Shown here piece after piece: positions 56,222 through 64,000 of a stretch of 64,000 nucleotides of DNA (position 1 is the first letter of the stretch; every line of letters starts with the position of its first letter). The DNA comes from Clostridiales bacterium (GTDB lineage Bacteria > Bacillota > Clostridia > Caldicoprobacterales > DTU083). Made by a program: the position numbers and the translations under genes. The notes under the pieces are model-generated. The model saw only the letters and a list, made by a program, of their open reading frames with translations, ran no database searches and was not told the origin of the DNA. The stretch lies in NCBI GenBank assembly GCA_012837325.1, contig DURK01000123.1, forward strand, positions 1,662 to 65,661. Direction: 5' to 3'.

Positions 56222-56671
56222 TCAAAAAGAATAACGAAACAAAATTGAAACCAGGATACCAAGAATGGCACCAGCTATGACCTCTACCGGTGTATGCCCG
56301 AGTAATTCCTTTAGCTTCTCTTCGGTGATACCGCGATGAGCCTGAAGCTCTGCTACAATTTCATTAAGAACAGCAGCCTGCCTGCCCGCTGCTCTTCGCA
56401 CTCCTGCTGCGTCATACATGACAATGGTTGCAACAATCGCTGAGAGAGCAAACATTGTTGAATGATACCCTTCTACGTATCCAATAGAGGTTGCCATACA
56501 GACAACCAAAGCAGAATGCGAGCTGGGCATCCCGCCGGAACCTACAAAACGAGTTAAATCCAGTGTTTTCCCAAAGATGATCGTTAACAGAACCTTTATC
56601 AACTGGGCTATAAACCAGGCTAACAGACTGACCCAGAGTATTTTGTTATGTAAAATTTCATGAAAAAAAAT
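56222..56671 (-). CDS. DUF212 / YuiD-like (divergent PAP2) membrane protein; probable ATT start
   Basis: GGMPSSHSA and AGVRRAAG motifs. The conserved first helix (HEILHNKILWVSLLAWFIAQLIK) lies in frame upstream of the first TTG at 56602. An ATT at 56671 lies 8 nt after GGAGG. Confidence 0.6.
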   Translation of the reverse strand: MFFHEILHNKILWVSLLAWFIAQLIKVLLTIIFGKTLDLTRFVGSGGMPSSHSALVVCMATSIGYVEGYHSTMFALSAIVATIVMYDAAGVRRAAGRQAAVLNEIVAELQAHRGITEEKLKELLGHTPVEVIAGAILGILVSILFRYSF

Positions 56672-56688
56672 CGAGGAACCCTCCTAAC

Positions 56689-57606
56689 TCAACGGTTTCT
56701 AACCAAAATTGACTCGGCAAGTGAAATCAGAAATTCGGATTTGCTGCCGAAAGGCTGCAACAGCGAAACCGCCTCCTCAATATATTGACTTGCCATTATT
56801 TGAGATTTCTTCAATCCATATTTAGCCGGATAGGTAAGCTTTCCCTTTCTTTCATCACTACCAGGTGCCTTACCTAATTGATTAAGATCTCCCATAAGAT
56901 CAAGTATATCATCAGTTATTTGAAAAGCAAGACCGAAGGCTTTTCCATAGCCGGAAACCGCCTCCAATACCTCCTTATCCTCTCTGCAGGCTAAAACACC
57001 AGCTTTTAGAGCACCAGTAATCAAAGCCTCTGTTTTGTGGGTATGGATAAAGGATAACATCGACTCATCACTGTTTACACCTTGATTTTCTATATCAGCA
57101 CTCTGTCCTCCTATCATACCGGAAATGCCGGCCGAATGGGCAATGACCTTCATGGCTTTCAAATAGCCAAATTGCTTGTTAGGATCAGCAGGCAGACTTT
57201 CCAGCATCACCTCATAAGCCAGGTTCAATAGTCCGTCTCCTGCAAGGATAGCAGTTGCTTCTCCATATACCTTATGATTGGTAAGCTTGCCTCTTCTATA
57301 ATCATCATTGTCCATAGCAGGAAGGTCATCGTGTATCAGAGAATAAGTATGAATCATCTCAATTGCGCATGACATGGAAAGAATCGGATCCTGTTTTAAG
57401 GTGGGAGGTTGCGCCTTGCTGCAGTCACCTAAAGCCAGTTCATAAGCAGATAAGAATAGAATAGGTCGCAGCCGCTTTCCTCCTGCCTGCAGACTATATC
57501 TTATTGCATCGAGAATCGTTGGGTGACTCTCTCTTTGGCTCAATAGAAAAGCCAGACCTTGGTTGATATAATCCACTTTTTCACGGTAAACAGTTTGGAA
57601 GCCCAT
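56689..57606 (-). CDS. ispA: (2E,6E)-farnesyl diphosphate synthase
   Basis: 305 aa with FARM (DDLPAMDNDDYRRG) and SARM (DDILD) motifs. Confidence 0.88.
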   Translation of the reverse strand: MGFQTVYREKVDYINQGLAFLLSQRESHPTILDAIRYSLQAGGKRLRPILFLSAYELALGDCSKAQPPTLKQDPILSMSCAIEMIHTYSLIHDDLPAMDNDDYRRGKLTNHKVYGEATAILAGDGLLNLAYEVMLESLPADPNKQFGYLKAMKVIAHSAGISGMIGGQSADIENQGVNSDESMLSFIHTHKTEALITGALKAGVLACREDKEVLEAVSGYGKAFGLAFQITDDILDLMGDLNQLGKAPGSDERKGKLTYPAKYGLKKSQIMASQYIEEAVSLLQPFGSKSEFLISLAESILVRNR

Positions 57607-57608
57607 AT

Positions 57609-57878
57609 TCAGCGCAACTCCTTTTTATCTGTTTCCAAGGTGTCCAATGGGCTCTCCAGTAATTCTCCTGTTTTGCTTTGGGACAAGAAACTGACGATTC
57701 CCTGTGCTTCTGTTAATTTTTTACTGCAAAACTCCAAAAGGGTGATCCCCTGCTTATACAATTTAAGAGATTGATCCAGGGGAACCTCTCCTTCTTGCAA
57801 TGCATTTACGATTAACTCCAACTCTTTTATTGCTTCCTCAAAAGTAGAAACCTGATTTTTCGAGTTTGTTCTTTCCAT
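57609..57878 (-). CDS. xseB: exodeoxyribonuclease VII small subunit
   Basis: 89 aa with FEEAIKELELIV...LE and the typical position after xseA. Confidence 0.85.
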   Translation of the reverse strand: MERTNSKNQVSTFEEAIKELELIVNALQEGEVPLDQSLKLYKQGITLLEFCSKKLTEAQGIVSFLSQSKTGELLESPLDTLETDKKELR

Positions 57879-57908
57879 AATCGATTCTCCCTATTCTCTT
57901 AAGTTTCT

Positions 57909-59129
57909 TCATCTTTCTTTTTCCTCAGGCTGAATCTTTTCTACACAGCATGTTGCTTGTCCATCACTGAATAATATATTTATGCGTTGCGAAGGAGAAA
58001 TTTGCTTGATGGAACTGATAGGTTCCATCCTGTCTTCCGGCGAGACAATCGAATATCCTCTGGCCAGCACTTTAAGCGGGTTGAATGCTTCCAAGGTAAC
58101 AGCAGATTTTGAAACCAGATCTGACTTTTTCTGCAGCTCGGTTTGCATAGCATTGGTAAGCCTTTGATTTATTTGATCCAAGTATTGACTAAGCTGATCT
58201 ACCAATAAACGCGGAGTTTGAAAGGCGTAATGATTCTTTATCAATTCCAGCTGATACTGCTTTGCTTTCAGAGAATCTGTTATGGCATCTTTAAGGGTTT
58301 TCTGAAAGCTATCAACCAGAGAAAGCATATAAGAGGACTCCGGAACAGCCAGCTCCGCTCCGTTAGAAGGTGTAGCGGCTCTGACATCGGCAACAAAGTC
58401 CGCAATGGTAAAATCTGTTTCATGGCCGACTGCAGATATAATAGGAATATCCGAATGAAAAATTGCACGGGCTACAATTTCTTCATTGAAGGGCCATAGG
58501 TCTTCAATAGAACCTCCGCCTCTTCCAGCGATAATCAAATCAATGTCACTTCTTGTATTGATGTAGTCTATCGCCCTGACAATTTGCTCGGCCGCTCCCT
58601 GTCCTTGAACGGCAACGGGCACAAGTAGGATATCCACATTTTTGTTGCGATATCGTATTACTTGGATGATATCCCGGACTGCAGCACCGGTATGCGAGGT
58701 CACCACTGCTATTTTTTGTGGAAACAATGGCAGCGGTTTCTTATAAGCAGCATCAAAAAGGCCTTCTTCCCTCAACTTTTTCTTTAATTCCTCAAAAGCA
58801 AGGTGAAGATCTCCCAAACCGTCTCGTTCAATTTGATCTATATAAAGCTGATACTGTCCGTCTCGAGTATACAAAGAAACTGTGCCGGTGGCAATAATCT
58901 GCATGCCGTCTCGAGGCAGAAAGCCCAAGTCTTTTCTTCTTTGTTTAAAAAACACACAGTGGATCCGATCCTGTTCGTCTTTCAGGGAAAAGTACATGTG
59001 CCCCGATGAATGAAGTTTGAAATTTGATATTTCACCTCTTACCCGCACATTTTGAAGCAGCGGATCTCTTGTCAGCAATATGCGGACATAGTCATTCAAT
59101 TGGTGAACAGTTAAAATGACATTACTCAT
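57909..59129 (-). CDS. xseA: exodeoxyribonuclease VII large subunit
   Basis: 406 aa with an OB fold ([24 protein letters not shown]). The start overlaps the folD stop by 4 nt. Confidence 0.9.
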   Translation of the reverse strand: MSNVILTVHQLNDYVRILLTRDPLLQNVRVRGEISNFKLHSSGHMYFSLKDEQDRIHCVFFKQRRKDLGFLPRDGMQIIATGTVSLYTRDGQYQLYIDQIERDGLGDLHLAFEELKKKLREEGLFDAAYKKPLPLFPQKIAVVTSHTGAAVRDIIQVIRYRNKNVDILLVPVAVQGQGAAEQIVRAIDYINTRSDIDLIIAGRGGGSIEDLWPFNEEIVARAIFHSDIPIISAVGHETDFTIADFVADVRAATPSNGAELAVPESSYMLSLVDSFQKTLKDAITDSLKAKQYQLELIKNHYAFQTPRLLVDQLSQYLDQINQRLTNAMQTELQKKSDLVSKSAVTLEAFNPLKVLARGYSIVSPEDRMEPISSIKQISPSQRINILFSDGQATCCVEKIQPEEKER

Positions 59130-59971
59130 AGGCTTCTCTTGGCTGCGATTAAAGTGTTTTCCATCAGCATCGTGATGGTCATAGGTCCGACCCCTCCAGG
59201 TACGGGAGTAATATATCCGGCCTTTTCTCTCACCTCTTCAAATATGACATCGCCTTTGAGTGATCCATTAACTCTGGTAGTACCGACGTCGATAACCACA
59301 GCGCCTTTCTTGACAAAGCTGCTGTCTATAAATCCGGGCTTTCCGATGGCAACCACTAAAATATCTGCAGATTGCGCAATTTTATCCAGGTTCTTGGTGC
59401 GGGAATGAGCAATGGTTACGGTAGCATGTTTTTGAAGCAGCATTAAAGCCACTGGTTTTCCGACAATGTTGCTGCGCCCAATTACAACCGCCTGTTTGCC
59501 TGCTATGTCTTCACCGGTTTCTTCAATTAATCGGATGATTCCTTTTGGTGTGCAAGGTTCCAATTGCGCCTGCCCTGTCATCAGCATTCCGCAATTTATC
59601 GGATGAAACCCATCTACATCTTTAGCTGCACTTATGGCATTGATGACAGAATCTTCGTTGATATGATCGGGCAGAGGCAACTGAACCAATATTCCATGTA
59701 TGGTATCATCCTGGTTTAACCTCTCTATGGTCTCGAGCAGTTCTTTTTCAGTCACTCGTTCGCTCATATGGATTACAGAGGAATGAATGCCTACTTCCTT
59801 GCAGGCACGTTCCTTATTGCGTACATAGACTTGTGAAGCGGGATTGTCACCTACCAATATAACACACAATCCGGGAGTCAGACCGTGTTTCATATTTAGT
59901 GCAAGAACATCTTCCTTGATGCTCTTCCTGATTTGTCTGGCAATCGTTTTGCCATCAATTAGTTGAGACAT
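59126..59971 (-). CDS. folD: bifunctional methylene-THF dehydrogenase/cyclohydrolase
   Basis: 281 aa with the motifs YVRNKERAC and GGVGPMT. Confidence 0.92.
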   Translation of the reverse strand: MSQLIDGKTIARQIRKSIKEDVLALNMKHGLTPGLCVILVGDNPASQVYVRNKERACKEVGIHSSVIHMSERVTEKELLETIERLNQDDTIHGILVQLPLPDHINEDSVINAISAAKDVDGFHPINCGMLMTGQAQLEPCTPKGIIRLIEETGEDIAGKQAVVIGRSNIVGKPVALMLLQKHATVTIAHSRTKNLDKIAQSADILVVAIGKPGFIDSSFVKKGAVVIDVGTTRVNGSLKGDVIFEEVREKAGYITPVPGGVGPMTITMLMENTLIAAKRSL

Positions 59972-59972
59972 A

Positions 59973-60944
59973 TTATTTCCTCTTTTCCAAATAATCTAGT
60001 TGGTAGACCTGTAGCCCGAGTAAAGCCGTACCTACAGCATTGTCTTTTGATAACTCAGGACTGGCAAAAAACACTCTGATGTTTCGGTTTCGTTTTTTTA
60101 GGCGATCCTGCAGCCCTTGTCTAAAAATATTGCTGGAAGAAACGCCGCCCACCAATAGTATCTCCTTGGGATAACCCATTTCCACTGCACGTAAAATCCA
60201 TTTGCTTACAATTCGGCTCAATAAGTCATATACTGCATAAGCAACCTCAGAATACGGCGTATTTTCCTTGATCAGACGCTGCCCCTGGGTCTCAGGTCCA
60301 GAAAAGCTGACGTCCAAGCCTTTTACCCGTCCAGTCAGCATAACTGAACCAGTACCGATAGCTGCCAATTCTTCCAAATGAGGCCCGGCAGGAAAAGAAA
60401 GCCCCATAGCTACTCCAATTCGATCAACAAATTGTCCTGCAGGAATATCCAAGCTGTTTCCTACTAAATCGATTTCAAGGCCTGTCTGCGTTGGATGAAC
60501 AAAAAGCAATTCTGTGGTACCGCCGGATAGATGTAAAGCTAGAAAATCACTGGAATGTGGGCCTTTAGCTGCATACAGACCCGCCATAATATGACTTTCC
60601 TGATGACTGACAGGATAAAAAGGAACCTGAAACAAGTCAGATACAGCTTGTCCAATATGATGAGAGAACTGAAACACAGGCATATATGAGTCTTTAGCCG
60701 GTCTGGGTCGTACACTGGCACAAACAGCTGCCAGGCTGCCACGAGGCATGGATTCCCGGATGTATGCTGTAGCCAAAGGTAAATTCTTCAGATGATGAAA
60801 CAACGCTACGGATTGCTGGAGACCTCTTTCGCCATGCGGTACATTTAAAGGTACTTGATGATTAAACAAAATTTTTCCATTCAAAGCCACACCGGCAATT
60901 GAAGTAGTATAGCAGCTGGTATCAAAGCCAAGAATATATCTCAT
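59973..60944 (-). CDS. Kae1/TsaD-superfamily paralogue (ASKHA fold), function unknown
   Basis: 323 aa. [12 protein letters not shown] parallels TsaD GIETSCDET, and [11 protein letters not shown] parallels the HMEGH metal site. Coupled to both nusB (ATGA overlap) and folD (1-nt gap). Confidence 0.6.
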   Translation of the reverse strand: MRYILGFDTSCYTTSIAGVALNGKILFNHQVPLNVPHGERGLQQSVALFHHLKNLPLATAYIRESMPRGSLAAVCASVRPRPAKDSYMPVFQFSHHIGQAVSDLFQVPFYPVSHQESHIMAGLYAAKGPHSSDFLALHLSGGTTELLFVHPTQTGLEIDLVGNSLDIPAGQFVDRIGVAMGLSFPAGPHLEELAAIGTGSVMLTGRVKGLDVSFSGPETQGQRLIKENTPYSEVAYAVYDLLSRIVSKWILRAVEMGYPKEILLVGGVSSSNIFRQGLQDRLKKRNRNIRVFFASPELSKDNAVGTALLGLQVYQLDYLEKRK

Positions 60945-61354
60945 GGTGTTTCTTTTTTGCTCCGCAGGAAGCTGCCTAAAATACCATTGACAAAAGATCC
61001 AGTTTTTTCTCCGCCGTATTTTTTTGCTAACTCAACCGCTTCGTTTACTGAGACACTATCAGGGATATCATCACGGTATAGTATTTCATACAGAGAGAGG
61101 CGGAGAATGGAAAGATCTACTTTGGAGATTCTTTCAAACCTCCACCCTTTGCTGTTCTTTCGGATAATATCATCAATTTTATCTAAATTCTTGCTGCAGC
61201 CTTTTATTATATCTTCAATATAGGCTACGTCTCCATCGTTTAATTCCAACTCGTGATCTGTCATGCTGCTCAATCTATCTAAGTCATATTCGGTTGAAAA
61301 TATACTTTGATATAACAAGCTCATAGCGGCTTCTCTAGCCGATTTTCTTGCCAT
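60941..61354 (-). CDS. nusB: transcription antitermination factor NusB
   Basis: The ATG at 61354 follows GGAGGG (MARKSAREAAMSLLYQ...). Confidence 0.88.
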   Translation of the reverse strand: MARKSAREAAMSLLYQSIFSTEYDLDRLSSMTDHELELNDGDVAYIEDIIKGCSKNLDKIDDIIRKNSKGWRFERISKVDLSILRLSLYEILYRDDIPDSVSVNEAVELAKKYGGEKTGSFVNGILGSFLRSKKETP

Positions 61355-61449
61355 TATGCCCTCCTGCAGCTCCTTATCGGCTGTTAAATAATTTGCCATA
61401 AGTTTATGATATTCTTATTACCTTGCAAACAAGATGTTTTACTGCTTGG

Positions 61450-61692
61450 TTATTGCATTTTATTTCGGATTCCATCCGGTAGTATCTTGTCCAAAATACT
61501 AAGGAAACTTTCTTCTTTGTCACGAAAACTACCCAGCCAATAACCGATCGCAGCGCACAGGACAAGAAAAATACCTCGCCAAAAACCCAGTGATAAGATT
61601 AAGATACCTAAAATCAGTCCGCCAACAACTCCAATGCTTCTCCCCTTGTGTGTAGTAAAACAGGTTTCCATCCACTTGCGAACACTTTTCAT
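61450..61692 (-). CDS. DUF2273 small membrane protein
   Basis: 80 aa with two TM helices. Usual third member of asp23-amaP clusters. Confidence 0.6.
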   Translation of the reverse strand: MKSVRKWMETCFTTHKGRSIGVVGGLILGILILSLGFWRGIFLVLCAAIGYWLGSFRDKEESFLSILDKILPDGIRNKMQ

Positions 61693-61703
61693 GCCTGTCC
61701 TCC

Positions 61704-62240
61704 TTAATCAACACGGGCTTGTTTGGCAACACTTAGACTTTCAATATAAACCTGAACTTCTTTTACTATTATACCAGATGAAGATTCCACATACTCCTTA
61801 ACCTTTTGTTGAATATCTCTGGAAAGTTCAGGCATGACGACATCCGGCAAAATACTGACCTTTAATTGTACCCGGATTCCATCCGGATCGGAGAGTACAA
61901 CGCTTTTGACGTCCTTTACTTCCTGGAAACTTCGTACAGCTTTTTGAGTAAGTGTATCAAGGGTACTTATAGAGACCCGAATGATGCCCATTTCAGTATT
62001 CATCAGAAGTGCACTGACCGTCTTCTTTTTGCTGTAGCCTGCAATCAGCAAACGAATGCTGATAAGAAAAAGAATAACAGCAGCAGCAATCAGAATGATC
62101 TGAGGCCAGCCAAAGATGGCATCTGATAACAGATCCAAACTGACAAGATTTAAGGCTTCAGCTAAAAGCACAAAAGACAACAATATGTTAAATAGAGATA
62201 AAATAGTAAGAAGTATGCGATCCAAAATTCTCATTTTCAT
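61704..62240 (-). CDS. amaP: alkaline-shock response membrane anchor protein (AmaP-like)
   Basis: 178 aa with two N-terminal TM helices. Positioned directly after asp23. Confidence 0.6.
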   Translation of the reverse strand: MKMRILDRILLTILSLFNILLSFVLLAEALNLVSLDLLSDAIFGWPQIILIAAAVILFLISIRLLIAGYSKKKTVSALLMNTEMGIIRVSISTLDTLTQKAVRSFQEVKDVKSVVLSDPDGIRVQLKVSILPDVVMPELSRDIQQKVKEYVESSSGIIVKEVQVYIESLSVAKQARVD

Positions 62241-62317
62241 ATGTCACATTCCTTTCTGGTGCGCAGAAAGACAGCCTTATATGCCAGTAACCCTCTGAAA
62301 GATCAGAGGGTTGTGGT

Positions 62318-62716
62318 TCAGCGTATCTTCTGTGCGTGATCTTCTGTTTTGGTTTCCTTTTCGAAGTTGACGCCTTGAATATGTATGTTTACCTCTATCA
62401 CATTAAGTCCAGTCATATTTTCAACTGCTTTTTTCACATTTTCCTGTATATTCCAAGCTATTTCGGGAATTCTTATGCCATATTCCACTACGATATAAAG
62501 GTCGATGGCGGTTTCCTTTTCTCCCACTTCAACTTTTACGCCTTTTGACAGGTTCTTTCTACCTAGTTTTTCGACAATGCCTCCGGCAATGCCACCGCTC
62601 ATAGCTGCCACACCAGAAACTTCTGTTGCTGCCAGACCTGCGATAATAGCAACTACCTCATCGGCAAATGTAACTTTACCATAATTATCGGAAGATTGCT
62701 CTGTCAATACTTCCAC
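62318..62716 (-). CDS. Asp23/Gls24 family envelope stress protein
   Basis: 132 aa. GKVTFADEVVAIIAGLAATEVSGVAAM is typical of Asp23/YqhY. Confidence 0.85.
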   Translation of the reverse strand: MEVLTEQSSDNYGKVTFADEVVAIIAGLAATEVSGVAAMSGGIAGGIVEKLGRKNLSKGVKVEVGEKETAIDLYIVVEYGIRIPEIAWNIQENVKKAVENMTGLNVIEVNIHIQGVNFEKETKTEDHAQKIR

Positions 62717-62786
62717 CTCCCATCTTGATTTGTGTTTATATTATACCAAAGAACATGCATATTTACAAATAATTCTATCCTGCTTT

Positions 62787-63428
62787 CTAGATTTTGGGTA
62801 TAATTTTAATGTTATCCGTATCCTTCCCTGACTCCCTTTTTACGATATCCAGAATCATTGCCACTTCATCTGGTACGAGTTCGGTCTTATCTACAATCAC
62901 ATTGACGTTATCTCTATGAATGATGACAATTGCGTCACGAAAGCCTTTTGCTTTGATTAGATTCTCCATGGCAAGCTCTGCCTCCATATTGGCCGTAATT
63001 TCCAAAAGCTGAGACTGAGCTTCCTTGATTAACTCAGGATCAGAAGCAGGATTGTTTACCACTGAATTGATGTATTCTATCTCCTCACTGCGTACTTGCT
63101 CTCTTTCAAATCGGTAATCTCGAAAGAAGGAGGCATAGGCAGAAGCAGTTGCTTCTGATGTACCTTCCTCTTCTCCAAAATCTGTCGGTTGCTCTAGATC
63201 GGTTATTGTAATTTTCCCGCCAAAAGTTTGATCTTCTTCTGTTTTTAGCTGGTCTTCTTCCTGTCGATTCCCTTCCTTGTCACCGGTTGGAGGTCTGTTA
63301 TCTTCGGGTTTTACAGCTGGAGTGGTATTTTGATTAAACCAAAAATTCAGGTAACCGATTACAATCAAAAGCACCACCAGCAACCCAACAATTATATTCT
63401 TCTTCCGGATAACTAACATGACTCTCAT
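62787..63428 (-). CDS. spoIIIAH: stage III sporulation protein AH
   Basis: 213 aa with an N-terminal anchor, an acidic linker and a YscJ/FliF-like C-terminal domain. Overlaps the spoIIIAG stop by 4 nt. Confidence 0.8.
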   Translation of the reverse strand: MRVMLVIRKKNIIVGLLVVLLIVIGYLNFWFNQNTTPAVKPEDNRPPTGDKEGNRQEEDQLKTEEDQTFGGKITITDLEQPTDFGEEEGTSEATASAYASFFRDYRFEREQVRSEEIEYINSVVNNPASDPELIKEAQSQLLEITANMEAELAMENLIKAKGFRDAIVIIHRDNVNVIVDKTELVPDEVAMILDIVKRESGKDTDNIKIIPKI

Positions 63429-64000
63429 CTCCTCACTACATCGTTTTCCATTACAAAAACATCTACCTGGTTGGCATGTACCCCTAATACGGTCTGAACC
63501 GCTTGCTGCAGTTCCATCCTCACTCGTATATCTTCAGCTCCTTCAGCAATCACAACTACTCCAAGTACTTCTGGTTGAATCTCCCTTGTTATCAATGGTT
63601 GAGAACCTTCCGACGTTGTCATGCTGACAGGCTGGCTGTTGGTATCGACTTGACGTACTTTGCGAATTCCTCCGTTGCTGTCCTTTTCTTCCGTTTCGGT
63701 GTTGGATTCAACAGTATTCATAGCTGGTATTAATTCTTTCCCTGTTTTATAGGAAATCATAACTTCAACTCTTCCTGCGCCTTTCATCGAAGATAAGATC
63801 TTCTTCAGTCGATATTCCTGGTCCTGAGTATCCTTATCATCAGAACCCGTTGGAGGACTGTTTTCTTGGTTCTGAACAAGAGATGTCTCCTGACCACGAT
63901 TCACAGATTGAAACCAATTGCTGAACAAGCCTATAACTATTGCTATGGCCAGAACTAGGATAAAATACTCAATATTTTTGATTTTTTTTAACCTTTTGAA
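63425..64000 (-). CDS. spoIIIAG: stage III sporulation protein AG (5' end outside window)
   Basis: The frame stays open to the window edge (…KIKNIEYFILVLAIAIVIGLFSNW… TM helix). The C-terminal ring-forming domain precedes spoIIIAH. Confidence 0.75.
   Translation of the reverse strand, partial: FKRLKKIKNIEYFILVLAIAIVIGLFSNWFQSVNRGQETSLVQNQENSPPTGSDDKDTQDQEYRLKKILSSMKGAGRVEVMISYKTGKELIPAMNTVESNTETEEKDSNGGIRKVRQVDTNSQPVSMTTSEGSQPLITREIQPEVLGVVVIAEGAEDIRVRMELQQAVQTVLGVHANQVDVFVMENDVVRR

Noticed and set aside
56659-56661. ATG as the start of the DUF212 gene
   Set aside because: It is out of frame with the conserved protein and terminates after 13 codons. It lies 19 nt from the GGAGG, which is too far.
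62289-62312. Hairpin between asp23 and amaP as a terminator
   Set aside because: There is no U-tract on either strand. It is kept only as a possible mRNA stability or processing element.
1-64000. CRISPR arrays, IS elements, toxin-antitoxin pairs or known defence-system genes
   Set aside because: Reading both strands, I saw no regularly spaced direct repeats, transposase or reverse-transcriptase ORFs, or small adjacent toxin/antitoxin-like pairs. The intergenic regions are short and are explained by promoters and terminators.

Overview
The window looks like core chromosome of an endospore-forming, low-GC Firmicute, probably class Clostridia. I call about 70 CDS and one tRNA-Trp. I saw no CRISPR array, rRNA, transposon or prophage. 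Nearly all calls rest on motif recognition in the supplied translations plus RBS, start-codon and hairpin inspection; no database search was possible. The + strand half carries alr (3' end), an MTHFS-family gene, a cyanophycinase/cyanophycin synthetase pair, and a DUF2156 plus Eis-like GNAT pair. It continues with an orphan membrane-anchored protein, a gerA-type germinant receptor operon, then miaB-mutS-mutL-miaA-hfq-ynbB-like. A divergent lexA / yneA-like SOS module with clear GAAC-N4-GTTC boxes follows. The - strand half carries an XerS-like tyrosine recombinase, rnhA, proC, an aminotransferase, a PHP protein and an M19 dipeptidase. Next come a transcarboxylase-like 12S / small subunit / 1.3S / 5S cluster, rluB, dacB, ytfJ-ytfI-scpB-scpA, an M50 protease, a second PBP5, deoB, xerD and spoIIM. 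A five-gene SteA / MctB-like / GT2 / MraY-like / DUF3866 operon follows. The window ends with the Bacillus-like block spo0A-spoIVB-recN-argR-nadK-tlyA-dxs-DUF212-ispA-xseBA-folD-(TsaD-like)-nusB-DUF2273-amaP-asp23-spoIIIAH-spoIIIAG. The best candidate for an undescribed system is the translationally coupled SteA operon between spo0A and spoIIM, which sits in a gene order otherwise recalled from Actinobacteria. Other items worth a second look are a 62-aa Cys-rich tiny membrane peptide with an internal duplication kept only at the amino-acid level, and the DUF2156/Eis pair behind cphA. Also notable are a beta-subunit-less transcarboxylase cluster with an anchorless OadG-like subunit, a probable ATT start on the DUF212 gene, and a TsaD/Kae1 paralogue inside the nusB-folD operon.
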